Shown: piece after piece, positions 41,951 to 51,580 of the stretch
Position numbering within the stretch: position 1 is the stretch's first letter
Layout of the letters: the number at the start of each line of letters is the position of its first letter
From: Trypanosoma brucei
Taxonomy: Eukaryota
Length of the DNA stretch: 64,000 bases
Reading direction: 5' to 3'
Assembly: GCA_000002445.1 (NCBI GenBank)
Contig: CP000071.1
Span: forward strand, 1,536,001 to 1,600,000
Program-made: the position numbers and the translations under genes
The notes under the pieces: model-generated
Seen by the model: the letters and a program-made list of their open reading frames with translations, nothing else
Databases searched by the model: none
Told to the model about the DNA's origin: nothing

Positions 41951-43639
41951 ATGACCGCTGTTGGGGGCCACGAGGCCGAAGTACTGAGGCTTGAGCCCGC
42001 AGCTGATGCTGAAAATGCCGCGGCGGAGGTTGCTTGTAGCGCAGCAGCGAGATGTACCTCTACACCTGAGACGGAAAGCAAACATCTCACACCCGAGACC
42101 TTAGACAGTGCACCGAGCACCGCTTACGGAAGTGTTGGTTTCAAGGGGAATATGAAAATGGCCTTGACGCTACCCGGAGGTCCCCCCGTATCGAGAGGTC
42201 GCCGCGGTTCGGCTCTTTCATGCCGTGGCAGGAGGTCCCAGTCGTCGAAGTCACCCCGCTCCACGACGGGAAGCCAAGCGGCTTCTGTCAAAGGTGGAAA
42301 CTGGCTACTGGGAACGCAACCACGTGTGGTAGGTTTGGGCACAACGGGGCTCTTTGAAAACGAAAAGAAGGAAGCGGATGTGCCAGAGGGTGCGAGTGCG
42401 ATGATTAACGGGCAGTTGATTGTGGCACCGCCATGTTGTATCCGGCGGCTTCGGGACCTCGCTATGTGGCGTGACCGGCATCGGGACTTTATTGCCGCCT
42501 TCCGCGCGCAGGACCCTCTCGAGCGTGTTAGTACCCACCGCCGGCAGCAGCGGCTGTTTGAAGAAAGGCACCGCCAGCAGGAAAAGGAGTACGCCGATGA
42601 GGTTGGCCGCATAAGACAGCGCGGAAAGTGGTTAAACAAGATGTCACAACCGGCCGATGCGGAAAGGCAGCAGTGGCTCAAATCCCGGCGTGAGGCGTTG
42701 CAGGCGGGTCGTGAAGAAGTAGTGCTGAACAACATGAAGAAGGGCGCGGAAATCCGAGAGAATATTGCAAAGCAGCTGGTGGTGGTTAAGCAGGTGAAGC
42801 AACGACGAGAACTAACGGCGCGGAGTGCCGCGCGCCAGGAGCGTGACCTTCAAGGTGCCAGGAAGGAGGAGATCCTCTCTAGCATTTTGGAGCGAACGAA
42901 GGTTGCGCGCAACGACCGAGATACGTGGCGTGAGTTTATCCAAGAGTTTAAGAATGAAGAAGATAAAATTAGACGGCAGTACCTAGACCAGTTGCGTTGC
43001 CGTGTCTTAACGAAAAGCCCCAGCGACTACCGTGACAACGATGGGGGCTTTACACCGATGATCAGACCCCCTAGCGCCCCAACAGGCGACAGCGACAAAC
43101 AGCAGTTTGACGGCACCCAGCGCTCTATTGCAACTGCACGCCAGAGTACCAATGACGGGGTGTTTCGTCGTCAGTTTCTCGCGGAATTGCAGCAACAACG
43201 ACTTGAGGGAGCCCGTGCAGCTGCGGACGTGGTTCGCGGTGAGCGCAGCAAAGCTAGACGCGATGAGGCGCTTCGCGGCAATTGCGACCGTGCGGAGAAC
43301 CTTCGAGGGGAAAAGGGTATGCTACAGGAACGGAAGCAGCAATTGGATAAAGAGAGGTGGCAGGCCTATACCTTGTTGAGGGAGGAGCATGCACTTGAGA
43401 AGAAGCAAAAGGAAGAGGCGGTTCAGCGGATGTTGGACGAGAAGCGAGAAAGCGCCGCGGCTATTAGAATGGCCAGTCAGTGGAAGGAAGCAGAGCATCG
43501 ATTACACGAGCAGGAATTGCGGCAGAAATTGAGGGAGCGTGCCGCGTATGCACGAAGTTGCTCCTCCCGCGGGCAGACGCCGTCTTCAGTGAAGAGAACT
43601 CAGCAACATAATTGGCAGGTGCCGGCAATAGTGTCCTAA
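41951..43639 (+). CDS. Hypothetical charged coiled-coil protein (562 aa), rich in R/E/Q.
   Basis: The ATG was checked. Long stretches such as 'RRQQRLFEERHRQQEKEYADEVGRIRQRGKWLNK...' and 'QERKQQLDKERWQAYTLLREEHALEKKQKEEAVQRMLDEKRE' have the composition of a predicted alpha-helical coiled coil. Confidence 0.55.
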   Translation: MTAVGGHEAEVLRLEPAADAENAAAEVACSAAARCTSTPETESKHLTPETLDSAPSTAYGSVGFKGNMKMALTLPGGPPVSRGRRGSALSCRGRRSQSSKSPRSTTGSQAASVKGGNWLLGTQPRVVGLGTTGLFENEKKEADVPEGASAMINGQLIVAPPCCIRRLRDLAMWRDRHRDFIAAFRAQDPLERVSTHRRQQRLFEERHRQQEKEYADEVGRIRQRGKWLNKMSQPADAERQQWLKSRREALQAGREEVVLNNMKKGAEIRENIAKQLVVVKQVKQRRELTARSAARQERDLQGARKEEILSSILERTKVARNDRDTWREFIQEFKNEEDKIRRQYLDQLRCRVLTKSPSDYRDNDGGFTPMIRPPSAPTGDSDKQQFDGTQRSIATARQSTNDGVFRRQFLAELQQQRLEGARAAADVVRGERSKARRDEALRGNCDRAENLRGEKGMLQERKQQLDKERWQAYTLLREEHALEKKQKEEAVQRMLDEKRESAAAIRMASQWKEAEHRLHEQELRQKLRERAAYARSCSSRGQTPSSVKRTQQHNWQVPAIVS

Positions 43640-45889
43640 GGTAAGTGCACCTATTAGTGAAAGATGATAGGGAGTGCAGTTGGAAAACTGAATGTTCGCT
43701 CATCCCTCCGTGGCATGCTTCCCCTTTTCTTCTGCACATGCGCGTATGGGTGTTGATGATGTATTTATATATTTAGGAATGATATAACGCATTTTTGCAA
43801 CCCTATCAGAATGTAGGGGGGGGGGGATGTAGTGTTTCATTTGAAACAATACGTGGAGCAACTAGGGAGGGTAGTGCAGAAGCAGGAGAGGGGAGTGATT
43901 GGCTCGCGTGTGTTGTACTTCTGCGGGTTGGTGTTGGAGTGGGCTTTGAGTGGGTCGCCCTCCAGTGCAATTAGCGCATTTGTGGATGCACAGGGCAGTC
44001 GCGTGCATGTGTGCATTGGCATAGTAGATCTTGCGATTGTGGTGTTAAATGCAAGCACAATCTTATATGTAACCCCTTAAAACACCACGCTGTAGATAAC
44101 AATCAAAAGGTTTACTTCATCCAATGTCATCATTTATTATTTATGATCCTTGTTTTTTTTTCCCCGTCTGTGTGCGTGTGATTGTGTCTTCTGGCCCCCT
44201 CAACTCGGATTTGTCACGTAATGAGCTCTTTTTCTTTTTGATTAAACAGAGCCGTTCGGAACCCCCTCCCCTGCGTATGCTGCTGGCCGGCTGATCCTTG
44301 ATCACATATACAAGCTGAGGGGTGAGGGCACACAGTCATAATCACGGAGGGAAATATGATAAAAAGCATAATAAGATAGTTTATGTTGTGGGCGAACCTG
44401 CTGGTACCCCAACAGTCGTTGAACATAATTATGCTTCGCGATGTGGACCTCAAAACTCTCCTATTCTTCTTTTTGTAGTCTTTTTTTTAGTTTTTCGTCC
44501 TGTCTTCCTTCTTGAACTGTTAGGTTGTATCGGGAAATGTATATTTAAATGGCACAAGTGCAGCAGGAAATGGAATGGAACGGTAGGGGCGAGGGAAGGG
44601 AAGGGAAACGAAGGAAAAGAGAGCGGAATATTATGTGGCGAAGGGTGTTGGGACCAAATATTCCTCCTCGTGGGGGCATATGTCAAGAGAAGGTGGGAAA
44701 AGAGTGAGAGAAAAAAGAAGAGGAAAAGCAATATTAGTGAATGATTGGTTCTTGTCACCTGCCTGCCTTACGCGCATATAGGTGCCTACTAAACATTTCC
44801 TATTTGCCTAACTTTTACACGTGTTGTCCCACCTGATGAATGTGGACGAAGAATGAAAGAAGTTGGTGAATAAATTTTCTTCTTTTTTTTTTTGAAAAAA
44901 AAAGTGATGGGCAAAGGAAATTTTGACCCTTTTAACTCACTGTTTGGCATTCGCTTCTCCATCTTTTGTTATCTTTTTTCCTCTATCATTTTCCGCACCT
45001 TTTCTTTAAACGTGCGTATGAGAGTGAAATATTTTCCCTTGTTTCACCCCCTCCCTTCCTCTACAGCCACCACTGTTTCCGTCTTGTGGCGCAGTCACTT
45101 CGCGGGGTTTCTCTCCCTTTTTTGTTTTTTTCTTAATATCCCATGTAAAGTTTGCCGTAACACTTCTGGTTGTTTCTCTTGTTTTGCAATTGTATCTTTG
45201 TTCCTGAGGGAGATTAGCCTTGTTGTTTCGTTACCTTACTGTATGTGACCTTTTGGTGCTACTCTTACCACGGCTTTCGGTGCCGGTGTGTTTTTTTTGT
45301 TTTCGTCACCCAGGTGCATGAGTTGTGGAAGCGGGGGAGCGGCTGCTGCTCTGCAATACAAAAGCAGTGTTGCAATGCTGAACACATAATTGTAATACCA
45401 TGTGAAATCCCACTTATCCTGTTGCAGGTCACACCTTTGGTTTTTGCGTTGGGCTACGAAGTTATTGTTTCTTCTTGTTTTTATTTTCCCCTTCCGCCTT
45501 TCGTTTGCGCTGCTCACAAACACGCATGCATGTAATTTTAAAGTGGTGCGCACCAATACCGGCACTCGTTGGACAGAAGGGGAAGTGGAGGAAGGCGTCA
45601 GATTACTTCCTCTTTTCCCTTTTTGCCACATACACGCACACACAGAGTGCTCGGTCCTGCGGAAACGTGGTGCATCTGTCTTTGTAGAAGGACGGGGGAA
45701 AGGTTGCGGAAAGAAGATAAGGAGGTAAGAAAGTATCGTATAACACCGACACCAGGGACTGGAAGAAACAAAAGAAAAAGAGGGCGTTGAGGAGGCGGTA
45801 TACGCGTGCGAATACACGCAAGATAACAATCGTACACGCGCGCGCACACACACACACATATATATATATATCTGCACTGGTGTGGAGCT

Positions 45890-46936
45890 ATGCGATTTGT
45901 TTCTCGACGACTGTCGTTTCTTTCGCCTCCAATAATACCGCTTCCTAAACCTGCACCGACAGCGGACGCGAAACCTTTCTTTGCACCCTCCAGCAATGAG
46001 AAGGGCAGCGCCGCTTTTGCGTCACCCTCCACGAAACATCAAACATATGTGAAGAAGAATGCGACATCATCAAGCGGTGCTGCTACGTTGGAGTCAGCGA
46101 CAGCTAAGGCTACACGTAGCGCCCAGGCCACGGGAGAGCCATGCACTAAATTTAACGGCAGTAGCACAAACGGTACGAGGAGAAGCGGTGACAACTGTGC
46201 TGCGGAGAAGGTGCATCATTTGCCAAGGTTCCTTTCACCCGACAACATAATTAAGCGTGTAGCCACACCGGCACTGTTTGCCGCCTCTATTGTCGCCGAT
46301 ACCTTGAACGCACCGGCTGCGTTGAGCGGTGGTTCTTCAGCAGTAAATGAGGAAGGTGGTCTCCAGAAATACGTAGAGCACTGTATGTTAGGCTGGTCTC
46401 CCAGTGAACTTTACAATGTTGTGGCTGATGTGTCGCAGTATAGCGTTTTCTTGCCGTGGTGTTTAGATTCCACCGTGCATCAAGTGGGCCCACTGGGCAC
46501 TACAGAAACAGCGTCTGAGACGGCTAATGGCAACGCTAATGTCAGTGGCAATGACAATGGCAATGGTGTAGCACCTGCTACGTTGGAAATGTTGGCGACG
46601 TTAACTGTAGGGTTTTCTTTTTTCAGGGAGAAATACACCTCGCGGGTGCTGCTCGATCCGCACAAGCGAGTAGAGGCGATGCTCACGGAGGATGAACACA
46701 AGAAGCGCCCCGCAGCCCTCAGGAATCTGAAATGTGTATGGGAGTTTCACGAGGTTCCAGATTCCCCTCGTAAAGTGGAGGTGCGCTTCCTCGTGAGCTT
46801 CGCTTTCAAGAACCCCATGTACTCCAAACTTATTATGTCACATGTGGTGTCCATTATGACGACGAGCTTCGAAAAACACTGTGAAGTGTTGTATGGACCA
46901 CCCAGCTGTGTGCGAGTGCATCTGCCGCACAACTAA
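45890..46936 (+). CDS. COQ10-like START/SRPBCC (polyketide-cyclase fold) protein, 348 aa. It has a presequence-like N-terminus and an N/G-rich low-complexity insertion.
   Basis: The ATG was checked. 'YVEHCMLGWSPSELYNVVADVSQYSVFLPWCLDSTV' resembles the Coq10/START N-terminal beta-alpha motif (..Y.e.f.y.peqly.vV.dV..Y.eFlPwC..s.v). The C-terminal 'KCVWEFHEVPDSPRKVEVRFLVSFAFKNPMYSKLIMSHVVSIMTTSFEKH' fits the START C-terminal helix. The insertion is 'TASETANGNANVSGNDNGNGVAPA'. Confidence 0.65.
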   Translation: MRFVSRRLSFLSPPIIPLPKPAPTADAKPFFAPSSNEKGSAAFASPSTKHQTYVKKNATSSSGAATLESATAKATRSAQATGEPCTKFNGSSTNGTRRSGDNCAAEKVHHLPRFLSPDNIIKRVATPALFAASIVADTLNAPAALSGGSSAVNEEGGLQKYVEHCMLGWSPSELYNVVADVSQYSVFLPWCLDSTVHQVGPLGTTETASETANGNANVSGNDNGNGVAPATLEMLATLTVGFSFFREKYTSRVLLDPHKRVEAMLTEDEHKKRPAALRNLKCVWEFHEVPDSPRKVEVRFLVSFAFKNPMYSKLIMSHVVSIMTTSFEKHCEVLYGPPSCVRVHLPHN

Positions 46937-47660
46937 TGCATCTTCCTGTAGGGGACATACACATTAAATGCATACGTAAGACATATAGCGGTGCGACTGG
47001 AATATTCCCCTGCCCTTGTATGTGTATTTACAAGGTTCGACTAAAAGAGAGATGTAGCAGCGGTGTCATTGGGACGAGGTGGAGCCAATAAATGAACCAG
47101 TGAACATGCTTTCGGAACAGTTCATGTGGCTCAGCGAGCGAACGTTGCGCGTGGTTGCGGAAAGAAGAGGCACCCCTTGTGGTTTTCTCATTCCCATGAT
47201 TATTCTCTGCAGTGTATGGACGGGACTGCTCTGCTGTGTCAGAAAGAAAGAGTAGAGAAGAAAAAAAAGGGGAGTGCACCATCCGATGTGTCGCTTGTGC
47301 CTCAGTCGCTCCTCACACTGGGCCAACGTTGGAACCGCAGTCGCTCTGGCGTAGTCAAATGTCCAAAAGCGGGTGCAGACCTTCCGTAGGGTCGAGGGAT
47401 GATGACAACGTTTGTTCCTTAAGGTAATAATTGATAGTAGTAACCGATCGCAGACATACTCTTTTGTGCGCCTTTTTTGCGGGCTCCCGACTCTTTTAGA
47501 GCAAACCTTGTCCATTTTTTACCCTTATCACTACGTTATTGTCTAAAAATTTTTTCCTTCCTCCTCTCCATTTTCTTCTTCTCCCCATCTTTATTTTAAT
47601 CATATATTTTCATTTTTTATTTTTATATATTTCTGAATTTTCTCCCTCTTAATTGAGAAG

Positions 47661-48062
47661 ATGCCGTTGGGCACTGATGGCACCCCTCAGCGGCAACAAC
47701 AACAACGCAAATCAACTGTGGATTCCGCAGTGGCGCTGATTGAGTCCGATAGCGAGTTGATGGCACTTTTCTTCCGCCACATTTCCGCATGTCCACCTCA
47801 TGGACCCTTCAAACACTACAGCGCTCTCACCTTTACGGAGCGCGTGAGGCATTGGTTTCCAACGCATGCACCGGCAAGAGCAGCAGAGATGGGCGACGCC
47901 ATCACGCCCGCAGTTGTACTGCAGTTAATGGAAAAATATTATGACACAAAACATCTTCGGAGCTGGCCGCTGTTGTACGTTCCGGCGCAAATACACCTGA
48001 AAGACGTGGATGCACTTATTGAGAAACAAGAGTCTCTGAAACCTGAACGGGCCACTGACTGA
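47661..48062 (+). CDS. Small hypothetical protein (133 aa).
   Basis: The ATG was checked. A strong pyrimidine tract lies immediately upstream (47521–47650). The sequence is of ordinary complexity, but I recognise no homology. Confidence 0.4.
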   Translation: MPLGTDGTPQRQQQQRKSTVDSAVALIESDSELMALFFRHISACPPHGPFKHYSALTFTERVRHWFPTHAPARAAEMGDAITPAVVLQLMEKYYDTKHLRSWPLLYVPAQIHLKDVDALIEKQESLKPERATD

Positions 48063-48469
48063 GTGGGTGAGGACGCTGCTTATGTGCGCCCTCCCTTCCA
48101 GCATACGGATAGGACGAAAAGAAAAAAGACGCCACCTTGAGGAGGACCCTTTCTCCCTTTTATTGCGGTTCATATTACCAAAAAGTTTGCTCTTTATCCG
48201 CTTCCCCAGCGTCCGCTCCAGCCTGCATCACAGGGCATATGACTGATGCACGTTTCTCAAACTTCGCAATCCTCCTTCTCTTTTTATTCTGTCACCTTCA
48301 CCCTCTTTTCCCGGCATCACTGCACGCCACCTCTCTTGAAAAATTGGTGTGACAGCTTGAGCTTCGCCCCAACAACCGCGCGCGGCGCCTCTCTGGGATA
48401 GTTATTGCAGCAGAATTTTGAAGTAGGGGCGGTAGTCGTCTTATTGTTTTTTTTGTTATTATTAACTGA

Positions 48470-49141
48470 ATGGAAGGTCCTTTCCTCAGCCGCTCCATTC
48501 AATACGTGGAGCGGTGGCTCGCTGAGATTGTGGCAACCAAAGGCACACGAGCAGCGGCAACAGGAAGCAGCGAGAAAGCCGTGGCGCAAAAGCGAGGGAA
48601 GGCGACTGCCACTGCGGCTGCTGAAACGGGTGCCACTAGTATGTCAAAGTGTCGTTTTGTTGTCGGCAGGGTGAATAGCGTCCGCCCGCATCCCGAGAGT
48701 CAAAAACTTTACATTGAGGAGATCGACTTGGGAGAGGAGGGGGGAAAATGCCGCACCATCCTCAGCGGTTTGCAGGAATACGTCAAGCAAGAAGATTTTC
48801 TCAACCGCCTTGTGCTCGTCATCGCCAACCTTGAGCCACGGAAGATTGGTGGTATACCATCGGAGGGAATGGTCCTCTGCGCCTCATGCAATGATGAGGG
48901 CTCGCGGTCAGTTGTGTTGCTGGACGTACCTGAGGGGACGCCGGTTGGTGAGCGCATTTTGTTTGAAGGTCATGAGGGGCCATACGAGCCCGTACTGAAA
49001 AAGAAACTCGCCAAACACTTCGAGGAGGTGGCAGCAGAACTGCGCACAAACGATAAGGGTGAAGTGGTATGGCGTGACATGCCATTTCGGACGAGTTGTG
49101 GGATCATCACGGCAAGCATCCCCAACGGTAGCGTTTCATAG
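48470..49141 (+). CDS. Protein with an EMAP-II / Myf / Arc1p-C-type OB-fold tRNA-binding domain (223 aa).
   Basis: The ATG was checked. 'FVVGRVNSVRPHPESQKLYIEEIDLGEEGGKCRTILSGLQEYVKQEDFLNRLVLVIANLEPRKIGGIPSEGMVLCAS' matches the Myf-domain pattern (vVGkV.ev.kHPdAdkLyv..vDvGee.pr.IvSGl..y...e.l.gr.V.vv.NLkp.k..Gv.SeGMlLca). Confidence 0.75.
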   Translation: MEGPFLSRSIQYVERWLAEIVATKGTRAAATGSSEKAVAQKRGKATATAAAETGATSMSKCRFVVGRVNSVRPHPESQKLYIEEIDLGEEGGKCRTILSGLQEYVKQEDFLNRLVLVIANLEPRKIGGIPSEGMVLCASCNDEGSRSVVLLDVPEGTPVGERILFEGHEGPYEPVLKKKLAKHFEEVAAELRTNDKGEVVWRDMPFRTSCGIITASIPNGSVS

Positions 49142-51204
49142 ACTCGGCATGTATTTGGCTTATCTCTGTGATTGTCATTAATAACAGCCAATGAAGCAAG
49201 ACGATCTGATGGGGCGGAGGCACTAGAAGGGTAGGAAAGTAAGAAATGTGTGAAGTGACGGAGGGACTCCTTCCACGCTATTTGTTTGATAAACCTAATA
49301 GTTTCTGCTCAACCACGTAAATTTGAATGGCGAGGACGCCCCAACTGTCCGTACGTGCATACACAGGCAGTGGGAACCGTTTGTGGGCAGAAGGAAGCAA
49401 AGCGGCCACACCCCATTCGCAATCGCGCACATTCCACCAAATGTGGCCCACGCCGCCGTCATTCCCTTTTAGGTCTCACTCACTCACTGACGCAACGTTA
49501 CCGGCGTTTCTGGTACTCTTCTTGCATTCTACTCTTTTCTTTTCGTCTCATCTCGGTAAATTTGCCGATAGAAAAGGAAAAGCCATGACGCATCAAAAAG
49601 AAAAAAGGGGAGGTACCGATCATACGTGTGAAAGCGGTTTGGACACAATTGGGATCGCAGTATGTGCCATCCTTTTTGGAGAGAAGGGAACGAAGGGTGA
49701 CTGCCCTAAAGGGTTTCCAATGGCCATACGCCGTTTGTTTTCTGCTCCGTGAATGAATCCGCGGGCTCAACACACTGACATTGTGACGGATGGAAGCCCG
49801 CTAACCCTCATGGATAGGGGGTTATGGAGCTGGTAAATATCTGTTAGTAAGCGGCAAACACGCAAGGGATGTAAGCAAAAGTGTATATATATACATATGC
49901 ATATATATGTATTAAAAAGTGGCCAATGTGTTTCGAGATCCGGAGTCAAGGGAAGTGCAATCGCCAAGTCAACGTCGCCCGAATCTTCCCCTCCCTAAAA
50001 AAAAAAAAGCAACAACAACATAAGTGCTTGTAGGCGCTCCCTTTGGTTTCTGCGCCGCGCTGGTACTGCTGTGGGGTTCCTCGCTCATTTCCCTTTCTTG
50101 GGTCATTTCCTGTCATGCTTTCGTTCTCGGAACTCTTCTTCTCTATTTTTGGTGTGTCGCTCTCAAAGTTTCCCCCCACCAAACGCACACACATGTACCC
50201 TCGTAAACGCAAAAGCGCATCGCCACCTTTAGTTTCCTTCGCCCATTTCCCTTTTCTGGATACATCTCTAAAACAAGCGGGCAGACGGCAGTTCCATAAC
50301 GGCTGCGCGCACGCAAAATAAATGCGACTCCACCCGGTGCCTCGTTAAGTAGTAGTCCACTCCAAACCATAATGCCTGTTTGCTGTTAAGGGTGTCAGCG
50401 TGTTTAGGATGTGGAAAAGTGTTAAATGTCACGTGGGGCGACTGAATGGGGGATCAGAAGAATTGCAATAGAGGGAGGGGAGGGAATATGGTAGTGATTC
50501 AATGTCCTTTGTCCAGGGGAGGGGAAGTTGATGTTGTTAAATTATCTTAACTTGATCGAAGTGCGGGCCTCCTCGGCGGAGGAATCGTTACTGGTTGTTG
50601 TTTCGGGTAGTGATGCATTTCCTCAACGATTTTTTTTTGTCAAAGTCCCTGAAGTGTGACGACCCTTCGTCGCTCCCCGTCCTCTGCAAGATTCCTCTTC
50701 CTTATTTCTGCTTGTCCTGCGTCTGCCAGCCGCACTTCGGTTGCCTTACAGCCCCGCAAACCACACACTCATTTCTTTTGTTTCGTCCCCGGGCATCCTT
50801 CAATTGGCGCCTTCACTGATAAGGTGCATCGCACGTGGAGGGTTATTGTTTTTGTCTAGTTGAGCGTTCCCTTTCCCATGCAGATACCAAAACCCGGCGC
50901 AAAACTGCTGTTTGTTGCCGTTGGGCTGCCGTTGCAACAGCCCTTTCCACGACACCGAGGTTCGCGAAGCGGGCCCCGTGCCGGGGCAAATTTCCCCATG
51001 CCCAAATCAGCAAAAAACATGTTCCTGTTGTGTCCGTTGTTTCCAGGCGCGGTGCACAATTTTGTGTGGTATTTCACTCTGTTGTTACCCATGTTAGTCT
51101 CTCTCTCCGTCACCGACTTTGGCTCCGAAAGGACATTTGTGCTAGCGCGCGGAACCTTTTCCGCTGGGGTCGTGCTTTTTTTAGTCGCCAGCAACCCGCA
51201 GCGC

Positions 51205-51410
51205 TATTTCCAAAATGAGGAAAAGGCTCCTGAATTTCCGCCCCTCCACTTGCGGCAACTGTGCCGACAGGTGAAGATGTCACACTTTCCCCCCAGGGCC
51301 CACGGCGCATCCGTAGCCGTGCCCCTCACTGGTCGCAGTAACTTTGACCCCTCGAGATCAAATGTTGAGCGCATTGCTCTTTCCCTGGGCCGCCGAAAAG
51401 AATCGGCTCG
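51205..51410 (-). ncRNA. Candidate Pol III-transcribed small RNA gene, identity unresolved. It sits divergently oriented about 95 bp upstream of the tRNA-Arg.
   Basis: Trypanosome U-snRNA and 7SL genes use the A and B boxes of a divergent upstream tRNA gene about 95–97 bp away. The minus strand starting near 51408 reads 'AGCCGAUUCUUUUCGGCGGCCCAGGGAAAGAGCAAUGCGCUC...GGAGCCUUUUCCUCAUUUUGGAAAUAGCGCUGCGGG'. It opens with a 5' hairpin (GCCGA/UCGGC). It contains an Sm-site-like 'AUUUUGG' flanked by T-runs. The overlapping + strand ORF 50860–51465 does not look protein-like. The boundaries are guesses. Confidence 0.25.
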
Positions 51411-51503
51411 TTGGAGGATTGGCCAAACGAAGCGGACGAGCGGTCGCATGCTTTTCGGCTACTAAAGTTCATTTAGAAATATATAACGGCACGCGGCTCT
51501 CAC

Positions 51504-51575
51504 GTCCGTGTGGCTCAATGGAAGAGCATCTGACTACGGATCAGAGGGTTGCAGGTTCGAATCCTGTCACGGATG
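51504..51575 (+). tRNA. tRNA-Arg, anticodon ACG.
   Basis: Hand-folded cloverleaf. Acceptor stem GTCCGTG/CACGGAT with G:T at position 1:72. D arm GCTC-AATGGAA-GAGC. Anticodon arm TCTGA-CTACGGA-TCAGA, with T33 and anticodon ACG. T arm GCAGG-TTCGAAT-CCTGT. Discriminator G. The anticodon arm 'TCTGACTACGGATCAGA' matches eukaryotic tRNA-Arg(ACG). Confidence 0.9.
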
Positions 51576-51576
51576 C

Positions 51577-51580
51577 TTTT
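51577..51580 (+). terminator. Pol III T-run (TTTT) immediately 3' of the tRNA-Arg.
   Basis: '...CACGGATGcTTTTcc' begins 2 nt after the discriminator base. Confidence 0.5.

Noticed and set aside
45236-45877. 213-aa minus-strand ORF ('MQIYIYMCVCVRARV...')
   Set aside because: It is a translation of (TA)n/(CA)n microsatellite and pyrimidine-tract spacer sequence upstream of the COQ10-like gene. It is not a gene.
50860-51465. 201-aa + strand ORF across the region upstream of tRNA-Arg
   Set aside because: The translation is low-complexity and non-protein-like. It overlaps the candidate divergent small-RNA region, and there is no trans-splice context. It is more likely non-coding.
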